This document shows positions 10,362-18,873 of a stretch of 64,000 bases of DNA, piece by piece. Position 1 is the stretch's first letter. Each line of letters begins with the position of its first letter. A program made the translations under genes and the position numbers. The stretch is from Candidatus Jorgensenbacteria bacterium. Lineage in GTDB: Bacteria > Patescibacteriota > Minisyncoccia > UBA6257 > GWB1-50-10. The stretch covers positions 2,039 to 66,038 of the forward strand of contig JAZDFV010000013.1 in the NCBI GenBank assembly GCA_043807585.1. The letters run 5' to 3'. The notes below the pieces were generated by a model. That model searched no databases. It saw nothing but the letters and a program-made list of their open reading frames with translations, and had not been told where the DNA came from.

Positions 10362-10439
10362 TGATGAGTTACGAGAACGTTAACGAAGTTTGATGGAACT
10401 ATAATCAAGGGATCTGATTCTGTTCGGATTGTCCCTTAA
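10358..10439 (+). pseudogene. Relic 3' end of an NlpC/P60-type secreted gene
   Basis: Encodes LMMSYENVN and IKGSDSVRIVP*, compared with LMTSYEDVN and IKGSDSVKIVP* at the end of 7612-9765. Confidence 0.75.
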
Positions 10440-10458
10440 AGTTGAATCTATAAACATA

Positions 10459-11439
10459 GTGAACAAAAAGTTATTAATTACATTAATCGGCATTATCATG
10501 CTTGGTGCTAGCGTTGCGATTGCGGGGTGGTGGATGTTTAGTGGGCGACCTGATCGGAATCAATCAATGCCTTCTGTCCCGCCCACTGCTTCCTCTACTC
10601 CTTCTGCTGGGAGGAATAATATTCTGGGAGTGGGGATGATAACATCTAGTCAAGGCCCTATTGACCTCATCGTGACCGATCCCGATGGATACACTATCAC
10701 GCCAACAACGACCATTCCTTCTGATTTTGAATATCTTCGCCAAATCCCCGGAGTTCTCTATTATTCGGAAATGGAAAAAGGGGCAGATGGCAACCCAATT
10801 GACAGGGTTTATTCCTACACTGCTAAAATCGGTGATTATCTTATAAAAGTGTTACTGGCTTCTAACGCTACTCCGACTTCAACTTATAACCTCAATTTTT
10901 CAGTTGGGGATCAGTCCATAACGCTTGCTCAAAATACACCCGTAAGTCAAATACCGCAGCAAGGATACGGCGTGCGTGTGGCGCCGAATGGTTCGATTTC
11001 GCCTCTACCTTTGGTTCTAACTATTCCGTCTGTTCAAACAGGAAAAGCAGAGGGCATGAAAACATATATAAATACTGAGTTTGGTTTTGAGTTCCAATAC
11101 CCAGCAAATTGGGAGATACGAGAAAACGTTTTTGGGAGTCCGGCAAGTAAATTTAACTTGAATATTGTCCCGAATACCGAACGTTATCTTCCCGATCCGG
11201 TACTGATTAATGTTGTGACTTCTAGTTTTGGTGACCGCGCTTTTCAAGATTTGGAGAATATTACCTCCAAGATAACGGTTGGCGGTATTTCTGGCAAACG
11301 TTACGATTATGAGTTTGAGGGCATGCAAAGAACCTCAATCCTTTTACCGTTCGGCGAGCTTAGGATTATTTTGGGATCTGAGCAACGGTATGAAGATGTT
11401 TTTAATCAAGTTATTTCCTCATTCAAGTTCTTGAAATGA
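10459..11439 (+). CDS. Chimeric exported protein: PIDLIVTDPDG domain plus partner family B domain
   Basis: The middle part matches a domain of 7612-9765 and the C-terminal half is paralogous to 9774-10361. GTG start at 10459 is preferred over TTG at 10429. Confidence 0.7.
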   Translation: MNKKLLITLIGIIMLGASVAIAGWWMFSGRPDRNQSMPSVPPTASSTPSAGRNNILGVGMITSSQGPIDLIVTDPDGYTITPTTTIPSDFEYLRQIPGVLYYSEMEKGADGNPIDRVYSYTAKIGDYLIKVLLASNATPTSTYNLNFSVGDQSITLAQNTPVSQIPQQGYGVRVAPNGSISPLPLVLTIPSVQTGKAEGMKTYINTEFGFEFQYPANWEIRENVFGSPASKFNLNIVPNTERYLPDPVLINVVTSSFGDRAFQDLENITSKITVGGISGKRYDYEFEGMQRTSILLPFGELRIILGSEQRYEDVFNQVISSFKFLK

Positions 11440-11639
11440 ATATCAAACCCGGCAGTTTTCCAAATAGCATCAATCTTAATTCAAAAGGCACCACTCCTGT
11501 CGCGATTTTCGGTTCCGCGACGTTCGATGTTAGACAAATTGACTCTACTACGATTAAACTTGCTAACGCCAGCGTAAAATTAAAAGGCAACGGCCAGCCA
11601 ATGAAGAGTTATACGGTTTTGATTTCTTTAAGGAACTAG
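11436..11639 (+). pseudogene. Hybrid relic of the C-termini of both secreted enzymes
   Basis: NIKPGSFPNSINL...KLKGNG resembles 7612-9765 and is fused to KSYTVLISLRN*, the exact terminal peptide of 4169-6475. Confidence 0.8.
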
Positions 11640-11649
11640 ACATGGCACC

Positions 11650-12735
11650 ATGACCTCATTATTTCGAAGGAGGGTTTTTTTGTTGTTTGTACTGCTCATT
11701 ATCGTGAGTGCGATATTTTGGTTTTACTTACGCTATTTCCGATTTCACACCGCTGACACTTCCCAGGTTCCAGGCAATGCCACCACGACGGAAGAAATTA
11801 ATAAAGTAAAACACGGCCCATGCCTTGCGGATGACGAAATGGTTGAATACGACCGTATAAGCCAACACCTACTTATTACACAACCGAAAGACATGTCGCC
11901 AGTTATTTATGTACGCAATAAAACTACAGGTGAGACGACGGTTAGCTTTCGACTTGATGACGTTATGGTTTTTGGACATCCGATGGAGATACACAATTGT
12001 GGTGTTTACGTTGTAAGAGCTTTCAATTATGACCCGCAAAAAGCTAAGCAAGAAATAGGTTTTCGTGATGAGTTGTGGAAATACGATTATCGGGGAGAGA
12101 AAAAAATGTTGATATTGCTTTCCGAGAAGCCGAAAGAATTCATTGACTATTACGGCCTTGAATTTCGTGTTGCCCCCACAGAAACCTACGTTTCTTTTAT
12201 ACGCGGGTACTTGGGTAAGGCCGACTATGCCATCGTCATTAAAGATTTAAACGCGCTCAGAGATATTTTGACTCTGACAATTGCAGAAATCGAAAAGCGC
12301 AATCCGGATTTAGTGCAGGATATCGCATTCGACGACTGGACCAACGACGGTCGCTACTTCTGGGTCCACACGCATTATGGAGCAAACACTTTGGGTTTCA
12401 TTCGCATAGATATGGAAACAAAAACCTTTGATTTATTTCCTGCGCCGAAAGATGTTCTGGGCGGCGATGCTCTCAATCTTGAAAAGGGATTAATCACGGT
12501 TCATCCAGGCAATGTCTGGTTCGGCATTGCCCAAGTGGAGGAACAGGAAAAAGCCAAGCGGAGAGCACAGAGCATCGGCACCGAACTGTACGTTGAAAAC
12601 CTTTTTACCCACGAGCGCCAGTTTGTGGCGAGCACCGCAGAACCGCTCCACTACTTCAAGCCGAAGTGGATTTCCGACACTGAACTGGAGTATTCCCTGC
12701 CGTCAGGGGAAACGAAGATGTATACAATTCCTTGA
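11650..12735 (+). CDS. Membrane-anchored exported protein (partner family A paralog)
   Basis: Paralog of 6478-7521. Confidence 0.75.
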   Translation: MTSLFRRRVFLLFVLLIIVSAIFWFYLRYFRFHTADTSQVPGNATTTEEINKVKHGPCLADDEMVEYDRISQHLLITQPKDMSPVIYVRNKTTGETTVSFRLDDVMVFGHPMEIHNCGVYVVRAFNYDPQKAKQEIGFRDELWKYDYRGEKKMLILLSEKPKEFIDYYGLEFRVAPTETYVSFIRGYLGKADYAIVIKDLNALRDILTLTIAEIEKRNPDLVQDIAFDDWTNDGRYFWVHTHYGANTLGFIRIDMETKTFDLFPAPKDVLGGDALNLEKGLITVHPGNVWFGIAQVEEQEKAKRRAQSIGTELYVENLFTHERQFVASTAEPLHYFKPKWISDTELEYSLPSGETKMYTIP

Positions 12736-12775
12736 TGAATGGGAGATAGGCAAACCATTGCGCCCAAAACTGGGA

Positions 12776-12847
12776 AACACCGTTCCGGTGGCGAACGACG
12801 TGCTCCTGTGGTACTATGAGCATCGTATAAAAACTGGTAACGGGTAA
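12776..12847 (+). repeat. Diverged copy of the mrdA 3' end
   Basis: Encodes NTVPVANDVLLWYYEHRIK, compared with mrdA NTVPVARDVLLWYYENRLK. Confidence 0.85.
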
Positions 12848-12928
12848 GGGGTAATGAGTAACGGGTAAAAGTGAGTTTGAATTTATTTACCCATTACTCT
12901 TTTCCTTTTGCCGGTCACCGCTGAGAAA

Positions 12929-13393
12929 ATGCAAGACCATCAAGCATATCTCACCCGCGAGCGCTACGACGAGCTCGCTGTGGAGCTCAGCACGCTCAAA
13001 ACCGCCGGGCGGAAGGGCATCGCGGATCGCCTGAAGCACGCCAAAGATATGGGCGACCTCTCCGAGAACTTCGATTATCAGGAGGCTCGTGAGGAACAGG
13101 TGCTCCTCGAGCAGCGGATCGTGCAGATCGAGGAACTTTTGAAACGCTCCGTTATCATAAAGAAATCGGAGGGAGCGCAGACGGTGCGGATCGGTTCCAG
13201 GGTGACGGTGCAGAAGGATAATGCGGTGCTTGCGTATACCATCGTCGGTTCCAACGAGTCGCAACCCATGTCTGGGTTTATCTCCAACGAGTCGCCGTTG
13301 GGGAGGAGTATCTTGGGGAAAAAAGTGGGCGACACGGTGGCGGTGCGAATCCCCGCCGGCGAGGCGAAGTACCAAATACTCGCCATAGAATAG
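12929..13393 (+). CDS. greA: Transcription elongation factor GreA
   Basis: GDLSENFDY and ISNESPLG motifs; ATG at 12929. Confidence 0.93.
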   Translation: MQDHQAYLTRERYDELAVELSTLKTAGRKGIADRLKHAKDMGDLSENFDYQEAREEQVLLEQRIVQIEELLKRSVIIKKSEGAQTVRIGSRVTVQKDNAVLAYTIVGSNESQPMSGFISNESPLGRSILGKKVGDTVAVRIPAGEAKYQILAIE

Positions 13394-13396
13394 CGC

Positions 13397-14842
13397 ATGC
13401 TCCGCGACCTTATAGCCGAACGCAGGCGAAAGCTTGCCACCTACCGCGAGGCGGCTGACCCATACCCGGCTTCGGTGGCGCGCACGGTGACGCTGGGGGA
13501 CCTCACTGCTCGTTTCGGGACATTCGCGCGCGGGAAACGACGGGTGTCGGTGGTAGGCCGAGTGGTTTCATGGCGGGATCAGGGCAAGATCCTTTTCGCC
13601 GGTCTCACCGATGCTACCGGGAAACTCCAGGTGGTGATGACTGCGGAAGCGACCGCTCCCTTCACCGTCTTGAAGCACAGCGTCGATATCGGGGATTTTT
13701 TGGAGGTGCGGGGGCGGGCGTTCACCACCAAGCGCGGGGAGAAAAGCATCCTCGCCGAGCGGGCGCGCCTTCTCTCGAAAAGTGTGCGCCCCGTCCCGAG
13801 CGAATGGTACGGACTCTCGGACATTGAGACCCGGCTCCGGAAACGTTATTTGGACCTCCTCGTAAACCCCGAGGTGCGCGAGCTTTTCGTGAAGAAAGCG
13901 GAGTTCTGGCGGACGATGCGGGGAGTGCTCGTGAAAGACGGATTCCTCGAGGTGGAAACGGGGGCGCTGGAGCCGGTCCCGGGGGGCGCGGATGCGGAAC
14001 CGTTCGTGACCCACATGAACGCCCTTGACCGGGATTTCTATCTGCGCATCTCGCTCGAGCTCCCATTGAAGCGGCTCCTCGTGGGTGGGTATGAGAAAGT
14101 GTTCGAGATCGGGCGCGTGTTCCGCAACGAAGGGATGGATCGCGACCACCTCCAGGACTACACCCAGATGGAGTGCTACGCGGCGTACTGGGACCACCGG
14201 GATATGATGAAATTCGTGGAGCGGCTTTTCCGCGCGGTCGTGAAGCGCACCGTCGGGTCTCTCTCCACGAAGCACGGGGGTAAGGCGGTGGATTGGGGAA
14301 AGGAATGGCCGGTGGTGGATTACTTCGCGGTTTTCAGGAAGGCGACGGGGATTGATCTGGAGAACGCCACGCGCGACGCCCTCCGCCTTGAGGCGGAAAA
14401 GCGGAAACTGGCGCCGGAGCCGCGTGCAGGCCGCGGGCGTCTCATTGACATGATTTTCAAGAAAGCGGTTCGTCCCACGCTTGTGCAGCCCTCGTTCCTC
14501 ACGGGGCACCCGGTGGATATCTCGCCGCTCGCGAAGTCCGATCCGGAGCATCCGAAGAAGACACTTCGTTTCCAGGTAATGGCGGCAGGAATCGAGCTGG
14601 GGAACGGCTGGGCGGAGCTCAATGACCCCGAGGAGCAGCGGCGCCGGTTTGGCGAGCAGATGAAGCTCCGCGCCGCTGGCGACAAAGAGGCTCAGCGGTT
14701 GGACGAGGATTTCGTGGAAGCTTTGGAGTATGGTATGCCGCCCGCCGCCGGATTCGGGCTTTCAGAGCGCTTCTTTGCGGTCCTGATGGATAAACCCATC
14801 CGCGAAACGGTCATGTTCCCGCTTATGAAAGAGGAAAAATAG
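13397..14842 (+). CDS. lysS: Lysine-tRNA ligase (class II)
   Basis: RKRYLDLL, YLRISLEL, FRNEG and LEYGMPPAAGFG. Confidence 0.95.
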   Translation: MLRDLIAERRRKLATYREAADPYPASVARTVTLGDLTARFGTFARGKRRVSVVGRVVSWRDQGKILFAGLTDATGKLQVVMTAEATAPFTVLKHSVDIGDFLEVRGRAFTTKRGEKSILAERARLLSKSVRPVPSEWYGLSDIETRLRKRYLDLLVNPEVRELFVKKAEFWRTMRGVLVKDGFLEVETGALEPVPGGADAEPFVTHMNALDRDFYLRISLELPLKRLLVGGYEKVFEIGRVFRNEGMDRDHLQDYTQMECYAAYWDHRDMMKFVERLFRAVVKRTVGSLSTKHGGKAVDWGKEWPVVDYFAVFRKATGIDLENATRDALRLEAEKRKLAPEPRAGRGRLIDMIFKKAVRPTLVQPSFLTGHPVDISPLAKSDPEHPKKTLRFQVMAAGIELGNGWAELNDPEEQRRRFGEQMKLRAAGDKEAQRLDEDFVEALEYGMPPAAGFGLSERFFAVLMDKPIRETVMFPLMKEEK

Positions 14843-14845
14843 AAC

Positions 14846-14890
14846 GATGACCATGACGATGACCATGACCATGACTATAACCATGACGAT
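14846..14890. repeat. ATGACN hexamer tandem array
   Basis: cgatgaccatgacgatgaccatgaccatgactataaccatgacgat. Confidence 0.8.
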
Positions 14891-16153
14891 ATGCTAGATA
14901 TTAACCTCATCCGGGAACAGCCGGACAAAGTGAAGGAGGGCGTTCAAAAGAAGAACGTCGACCCTAAGATTGTGGACAAATTTTTGCGTTTGGACGAACA
15001 GTGGCGGGCGAAGACCGCCATCCTGGACCAGCTGAAAACGGAGCAAAACCTCCTCTCGAAGGAGCTTTCACATGGCCAGAGCGAGGAGGCGCTCTCCAAA
15101 GCGCAAGTGTTGAAAAATAGGATCACCGGCGTTGCCGCCGAACGCAGCGAGGTGGAGGGAAAGCGGGATGAAGTGCATCACCAACTACCCAATCTTCCCC
15201 TTGCCGACGTGCAGGTGGGAAAGGATGAATCCGGGAACAAGGTGCTCCGCGAGGTTGGGGAAAAACCGACGTTTGATTTTACGCCGAATGATTATCTTTC
15301 CCTCGGAGAGAAATTGGGCATCATCAATGTGAAGAAGGCCAGCGAGGTTTCAGGACCGCGGTTCGGCTACCTCATGGGAGACGCGGTGCTTTTGGAATTC
15401 GCGCTCGTTAAGCTCGCATTTGATACGCTCATTCCGGAAGGGTTCACGCCTGTGATCCCGCCGGTGCTCGTGAAGGAACGCACCATGCGGGCCATGGGTT
15501 ACCTGGACCGCCACGAGGACCGCGACGAGGCGTACTTCTTTGAGAAAGACGGGCTCTACCTCGTGGGGACCTCGGAGCAGTCGCTCGGGCCGCTCCACAT
15601 CGGTGACGTGCTGGAGGAGGCCGAATTGCCGAAGCGCTACGTCGGGTTTTCCAGTTGCTTCCGGCGCGAGGCGGGCTCCTACGGGAAGGACACAAAAGGC
15701 ATTCTCCGCGTCCATCAATTCGACAAGGTGGAAATGTTCAGTTTCTGCAGTCCCGAGCAGTCGCGCGCGGAACACGCCTTCCTCCTCTCAATGGAGGAGA
15801 AGCTCATGCAGGCGCTTGAGATCCCGTACCGCGTGGTGGAGATATGCACGGGGGATTTGGGGAACGTTGCTGCGGCAAAGTTTGACATTGAAGCGTGGTT
15901 CGCGGGCGAGGGCGTGTACCGCGAGACACACTCAACATCCAATTGCACCGATTTCCAGGCGCGCCGCCTCAACGTGAAGTATCGCCCGAAGGAGAAAGGC
16001 GCAAAGCCCCGGTACCTGCATACACTGAACGGCACGGCATTTTCTCAGCGGCCGCTCCTCGCCATCATTGAGAACAACCAGCTCGCTACGGGCACCATTA
16101 AGGTCCCGAAGGCGCTCCAGGGGTACGTGGGGAAGAGGGAGATAGGGGTATAA
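14891..16153 (+). CDS. serS: Serine-tRNA ligase
   Basis: MLDINLIR, GTSEQ, FRREAG, RVHQFDKVE and HTLNGT. Confidence 0.96.
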   Translation: MLDINLIREQPDKVKEGVQKKNVDPKIVDKFLRLDEQWRAKTAILDQLKTEQNLLSKELSHGQSEEALSKAQVLKNRITGVAAERSEVEGKRDEVHHQLPNLPLADVQVGKDESGNKVLREVGEKPTFDFTPNDYLSLGEKLGIINVKKASEVSGPRFGYLMGDAVLLEFALVKLAFDTLIPEGFTPVIPPVLVKERTMRAMGYLDRHEDRDEAYFFEKDGLYLVGTSEQSLGPLHIGDVLEEAELPKRYVGFSSCFRREAGSYGKDTKGILRVHQFDKVEMFSFCSPEQSRAEHAFLLSMEEKLMQALEIPYRVVEICTGDLGNVAAAKFDIEAWFAGEGVYRETHSTSNCTDFQARRLNVKYRPKEKGAKPRYLHTLNGTAFSQRPLLAIIENNQLATGTIKVPKALQGYVGKREIGV

Positions 16154-16363
16154 CAAAACCCATTTCCCGCACTGGCAGTCGTTTCTGCGCAGGCGGGGAA
16201 CTCGGCTTTGAAAGTCCAGCATCAATCTTTGGTCCCGTACAGCAACGTGCGGAGCTTTTTATTTTAAAGCCCGCTCAACAAAACAAATATCCGCCTTGCG
16301 TTTTGTCAGCAACTCTCGGAGCGCCGACCCTGTTTTCTGTTTACCTCAGTTCCTTTTCTTGAT

Positions 16364-16526
16364 GTGAAGCTCCACTGGCTGACCTGCGCTTCGCCGAAGG
16401 CTTCGGCAAGGCGAGCGCCCGTGGCTTCTTTCCATTCGGGGTTCCGTGGAGCGCCTGCCCGCCGAAGCACGGGCGCAGGCGGGGAACCCCGCACCAGTCC
16501 GCCTTAGGCGGACGGTGCGGGGGTAA
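16364..16526. mobile_element. Composite MITE-like element (gtgaagctccac...gtggagc...ggtgcgggggtaa), copy 1
   Basis: Homologous to 31027-31198, with an internal inverted repeat and nested hairpins. Confidence 0.7.
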
Positions 16527-16527
16527 T

Positions 16528-16563
16528 TGTCCTTTATACCCACGATCGTGGGTATAAAGGACA
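16528..16563. promoter_or_regulatory. Perfect 36-bp palindrome directly before a TGnTATACT -10 box
   Basis: tgtcctttatacccacgatcgtgggtataaaggaca. Confidence 0.85.
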
Positions 16564-16581
16564 TGTGCTATACTGGGATGG

Positions 16582-17223
16582 ATGGAATGTGAGAAAAACA
16601 CGAAGGTGGGAGAGCGGCCACGAAGAGCGAAAGGCGATATTCTCCTGCGGGTGTTGGAGAGGGTAGCGGAGGGTGCCGGAGATGCTGCCGCCATGTTTGG
16701 AGCTTTTTTGTCGGCTGGGTATGGCGCCTCGTATGGAAAACTGGAGCGAGAGCTCGCGCGGGAGCATGCAGGGAGGGAAGCAGCCGCGCAGGCGGTGCGG
16801 CTTGAAAGAGAAGCCAGGCGCAAATATCGGAAATTGTTCTACCTCCTCAAAAAGGACGGGCTTGTGGAGGAGAAGAAAAAAGCTCACAACAATATTTTTC
16901 TTCTCACCAGGCGGGGGGTGGCAAAACTCGCGGAGCTCCGCAAGCGGAAACTGCAGCTATTGCCTCGTCGGGTGTATGAGCCGGAGCGGGCGGACGTGTT
17001 CACTATTGTGACGTTTGATGTTCCGGAGAGAGATAGAAAAAAGCGAGAATGGCTTCGGGAAACATTGAGATCTCTGGGATTTGATTTTGTGCAAAGGAGC
17101 GTTTGGATAGGGAAGGTAAAGCTTCCGAAAGAGTTTTTGGAGGACATACAGCACCTAAACCTTATTGATTCTGTTGAGATTTTTCAGATTACAAAGACTG
17201 GCAGCTTGAAACACCTTATGTAA
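16582..17223 (+). CDS. PaaX-like regulator (wHTH plus Cas2-like fold), paralog 1
   Basis: LKKDGLV...LTRRG wHTH region; IVTFDVPE...REWLRETLRSLGF..VQRSVWI. Confidence 0.8.
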   Translation: MECEKNTKVGERPRRAKGDILLRVLERVAEGAGDAAAMFGAFLSAGYGASYGKLERELAREHAGREAAAQAVRLEREARRKYRKLFYLLKKDGLVEEKKKAHNNIFLLTRRGVAKLAELRKRKLQLLPRRVYEPERADVFTIVTFDVPERDRKKREWLRETLRSLGFDFVQRSVWIGKVKLPKEFLEDIQHLNLIDSVEIFQITKTGSLKHLM

Positions 17224-17232
17224 TGTGTGGAA

Positions 17233-17268
17233 TGTCTTTTATACAGACGATCGTCTACATAAAGGACA
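17233..17268. repeat. Downstream cognate palindrome of paralog 1
   Basis: tgtcttttatacagacgatcgtctacataaaggaca. Confidence 0.85.
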
Positions 17269-17354
17269 AACCATGTGCTGGGAGATGTGAATGGTAAAAC
17301 GATGAGAGAACGAAAGCGGTTGAGTGTTGCGTTTGACGCACGCGCACTCTCTAG

Positions 17355-17423
17355 TCAGGGTTCCCTTGCCTCGTCGCAGATGAGCTTCGGTTCCTCGTCG
17401 CGCCAAGAGAGGCGCCCCGAGAC
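17355..17423 (-). repeat. Displaced copy of the dnaE 3' end
   Basis: 17369-17417 is identical to 55571-55619 (49 bp). The minus strand reads VSGRLSWRDEEPKLICDEAREP*. Confidence 0.92.
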
Positions 17424-17505
17424 ATTCCACTCGTATCTTGGTCTCCTGAAGCATGGGAACGCGCGCAGGTTGAAACGGCGCGCGCGGTATTTGTGTTATA
17501 ATTTT
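17419..17505 (+). pseudogene. Relic C-terminus of a DGR-like reverse transcriptase
   Basis: ETFHSYLGLLKHGNARRL resembles QSLQSYLGVLSHANAYAL of the RT at 25-1059. It ends in a tgttataat promoter-like box. Confidence 0.55.
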
Positions 17506-17533
17506 TCTGTACCAATGGATCCTCATTTTTAAA

Positions 17534-18325
17534 ATGCGCGACACTCAATGGGGAATGACGAACAAAAAACCGCGGCGGGCCCTATGGTGGTTTTTGGGTA
17601 TTTTTTCTCTTCTGGTGCTTCTCTTCATAGGCATTGGGTACACCGTTCTTTACTCGGGTCTTTTCAAGGTGCAGGCGGTTGAGGTAAGCGGCGGGGATGC
17701 GTTGCCGCACGAGCAGCTTCTCGCGGCGCTCTCCACTAAACTTACCGACAGCACCCTTCGGGGGCTCCTGGGTCCCGGGAACATCCTCTTCTGGATGTTC
17801 CGGGGTAGCGAGCCGAAACAATTGAATACCCTGCCGCTTGCCGTGGAGGTAACCATCGTACCCCATCCGTGGGAGCGAACGGTGGAGGTAGCGGTGGGGG
17901 AGCGGGAACTTTTCGGGGTGTGGTGTGTGCCGGGCGGATCGTGCTTTGGATTCGATCGAAAAGGGATGCTCTTGGGCGAGGTTCCGGAGGTTGAAGGCAC
18001 GCTCATGGTGAAGGTTCAGGACGAGAACAGTCGCTCGCTAGTGGTTGGGCAACCGGTACTACCTAACCCGCAGTGGGTCAAGAACTTCTTTGTGGCCGTC
18101 GCGACGCTCAAGGAGCAGAATCTCCCCGTGATGTCATTTACCGTGAAACCAATCGCGCTCCACGAATGGTGGGCGGCGCTGGATTCGGGGACGCTCATCT
18201 ACCTTAGCTTTGACTTCGTGCCGGAGAATCTTTCGGCGATAGTGGAGAACTTCAGGGCGAAGCCAGATTTTACAAAGCTCACGTACCTGGACCTCCGCGT
18301 CCCGAACCGGGTGTATTACCGGTAG
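17534..18325 (+). CDS. FtsQ/DivIB-like cell division protein
   Basis: Single N-terminal TM, POTRA-like FKVQAVEVSG, C-terminal YLDLRVPNRVYY. Confidence 0.7.
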   Translation: MRDTQWGMTNKKPRRALWWFLGIFSLLVLLFIGIGYTVLYSGLFKVQAVEVSGGDALPHEQLLAALSTKLTDSTLRGLLGPGNILFWMFRGSEPKQLNTLPLAVEVTIVPHPWERTVEVAVGERELFGVWCVPGGSCFGFDRKGMLLGEVPEVEGTLMVKVQDENSRSLVVGQPVLPNPQWVKNFFVAVATLKEQNLPVMSFTVKPIALHEWWAALDSGTLIYLSFDFVPENLSAIVENFRAKPDFTKLTYLDLRVPNRVYYR

Positions 18326-18416
18326 CGCTTGACAGAGTTTTAGAGTTGTGCTACCATTAAGCTAGGACGAAGCTTAGCTTCTTTTTCATTTCACAAACAC
18401 ATATTGCGGAGGTCTC

Positions 18417-18824
18417 ATGAAACCACGATTTCTGCTTATACCCATGCTCGGAGTTATCATACTCGTTGGTCTTGCTTTTCGGAATTCCATTGGGTGGAAA
18501 ACGGCCGAGCGCGAACGCGACGAAGCCCGCCAGATGCTCACGGGTGTTTGCCAGGTCCTTGAAGTGATTGGCGACACCAGCAAGGTGCGCCTGAAACGGG
18601 AGGAAAGCAATGCGCTGATCTATCCCAGCCTCATACGTGGGAGAGACGGTTCTTGGCAGGTGGTCATCGTTTGGAGGAATCTCACTGATCGGGGTGCCCT
18701 CGAACACCAAATTTGGCGAGACGGGACGGTGTGGCAAATTGACTGGGCAGGTGAAGTCCCCAGGCAGGTCTATGCCGACTCGAAGTTGGATTGGCCACGG
18801 CTTTTCAGAGAGGAGACGCGGTAG
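18417..18824 (+). CDS. Hypothetical exported protein
   Basis: GGAGG RBS, an upstream TTGACA-17-TACCAT promoter and a downstream hairpin. Confidence 0.6.
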   Translation: MKPRFLLIPMLGVIILVGLAFRNSIGWKTAERERDEARQMLTGVCQVLEVIGDTSKVRLKREESNALIYPSLIRGRDGSWQVVIVWRNLTDRGALEHQIWRDGTVWQIDWAGEVPRQVYADSKLDWPRLFREETR

Positions 18825-18873
18825 AGCGTTATATCAGAAAGGCGCGATTACAAAATCGCGCCTTTCGTATTTT

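Noticed and set aside
17227-17430. 11-bp inverted repeat gtggaatgtct/agacattccac around the dnaE fragment
   Set aside because: Too short to support element ends without a second example.
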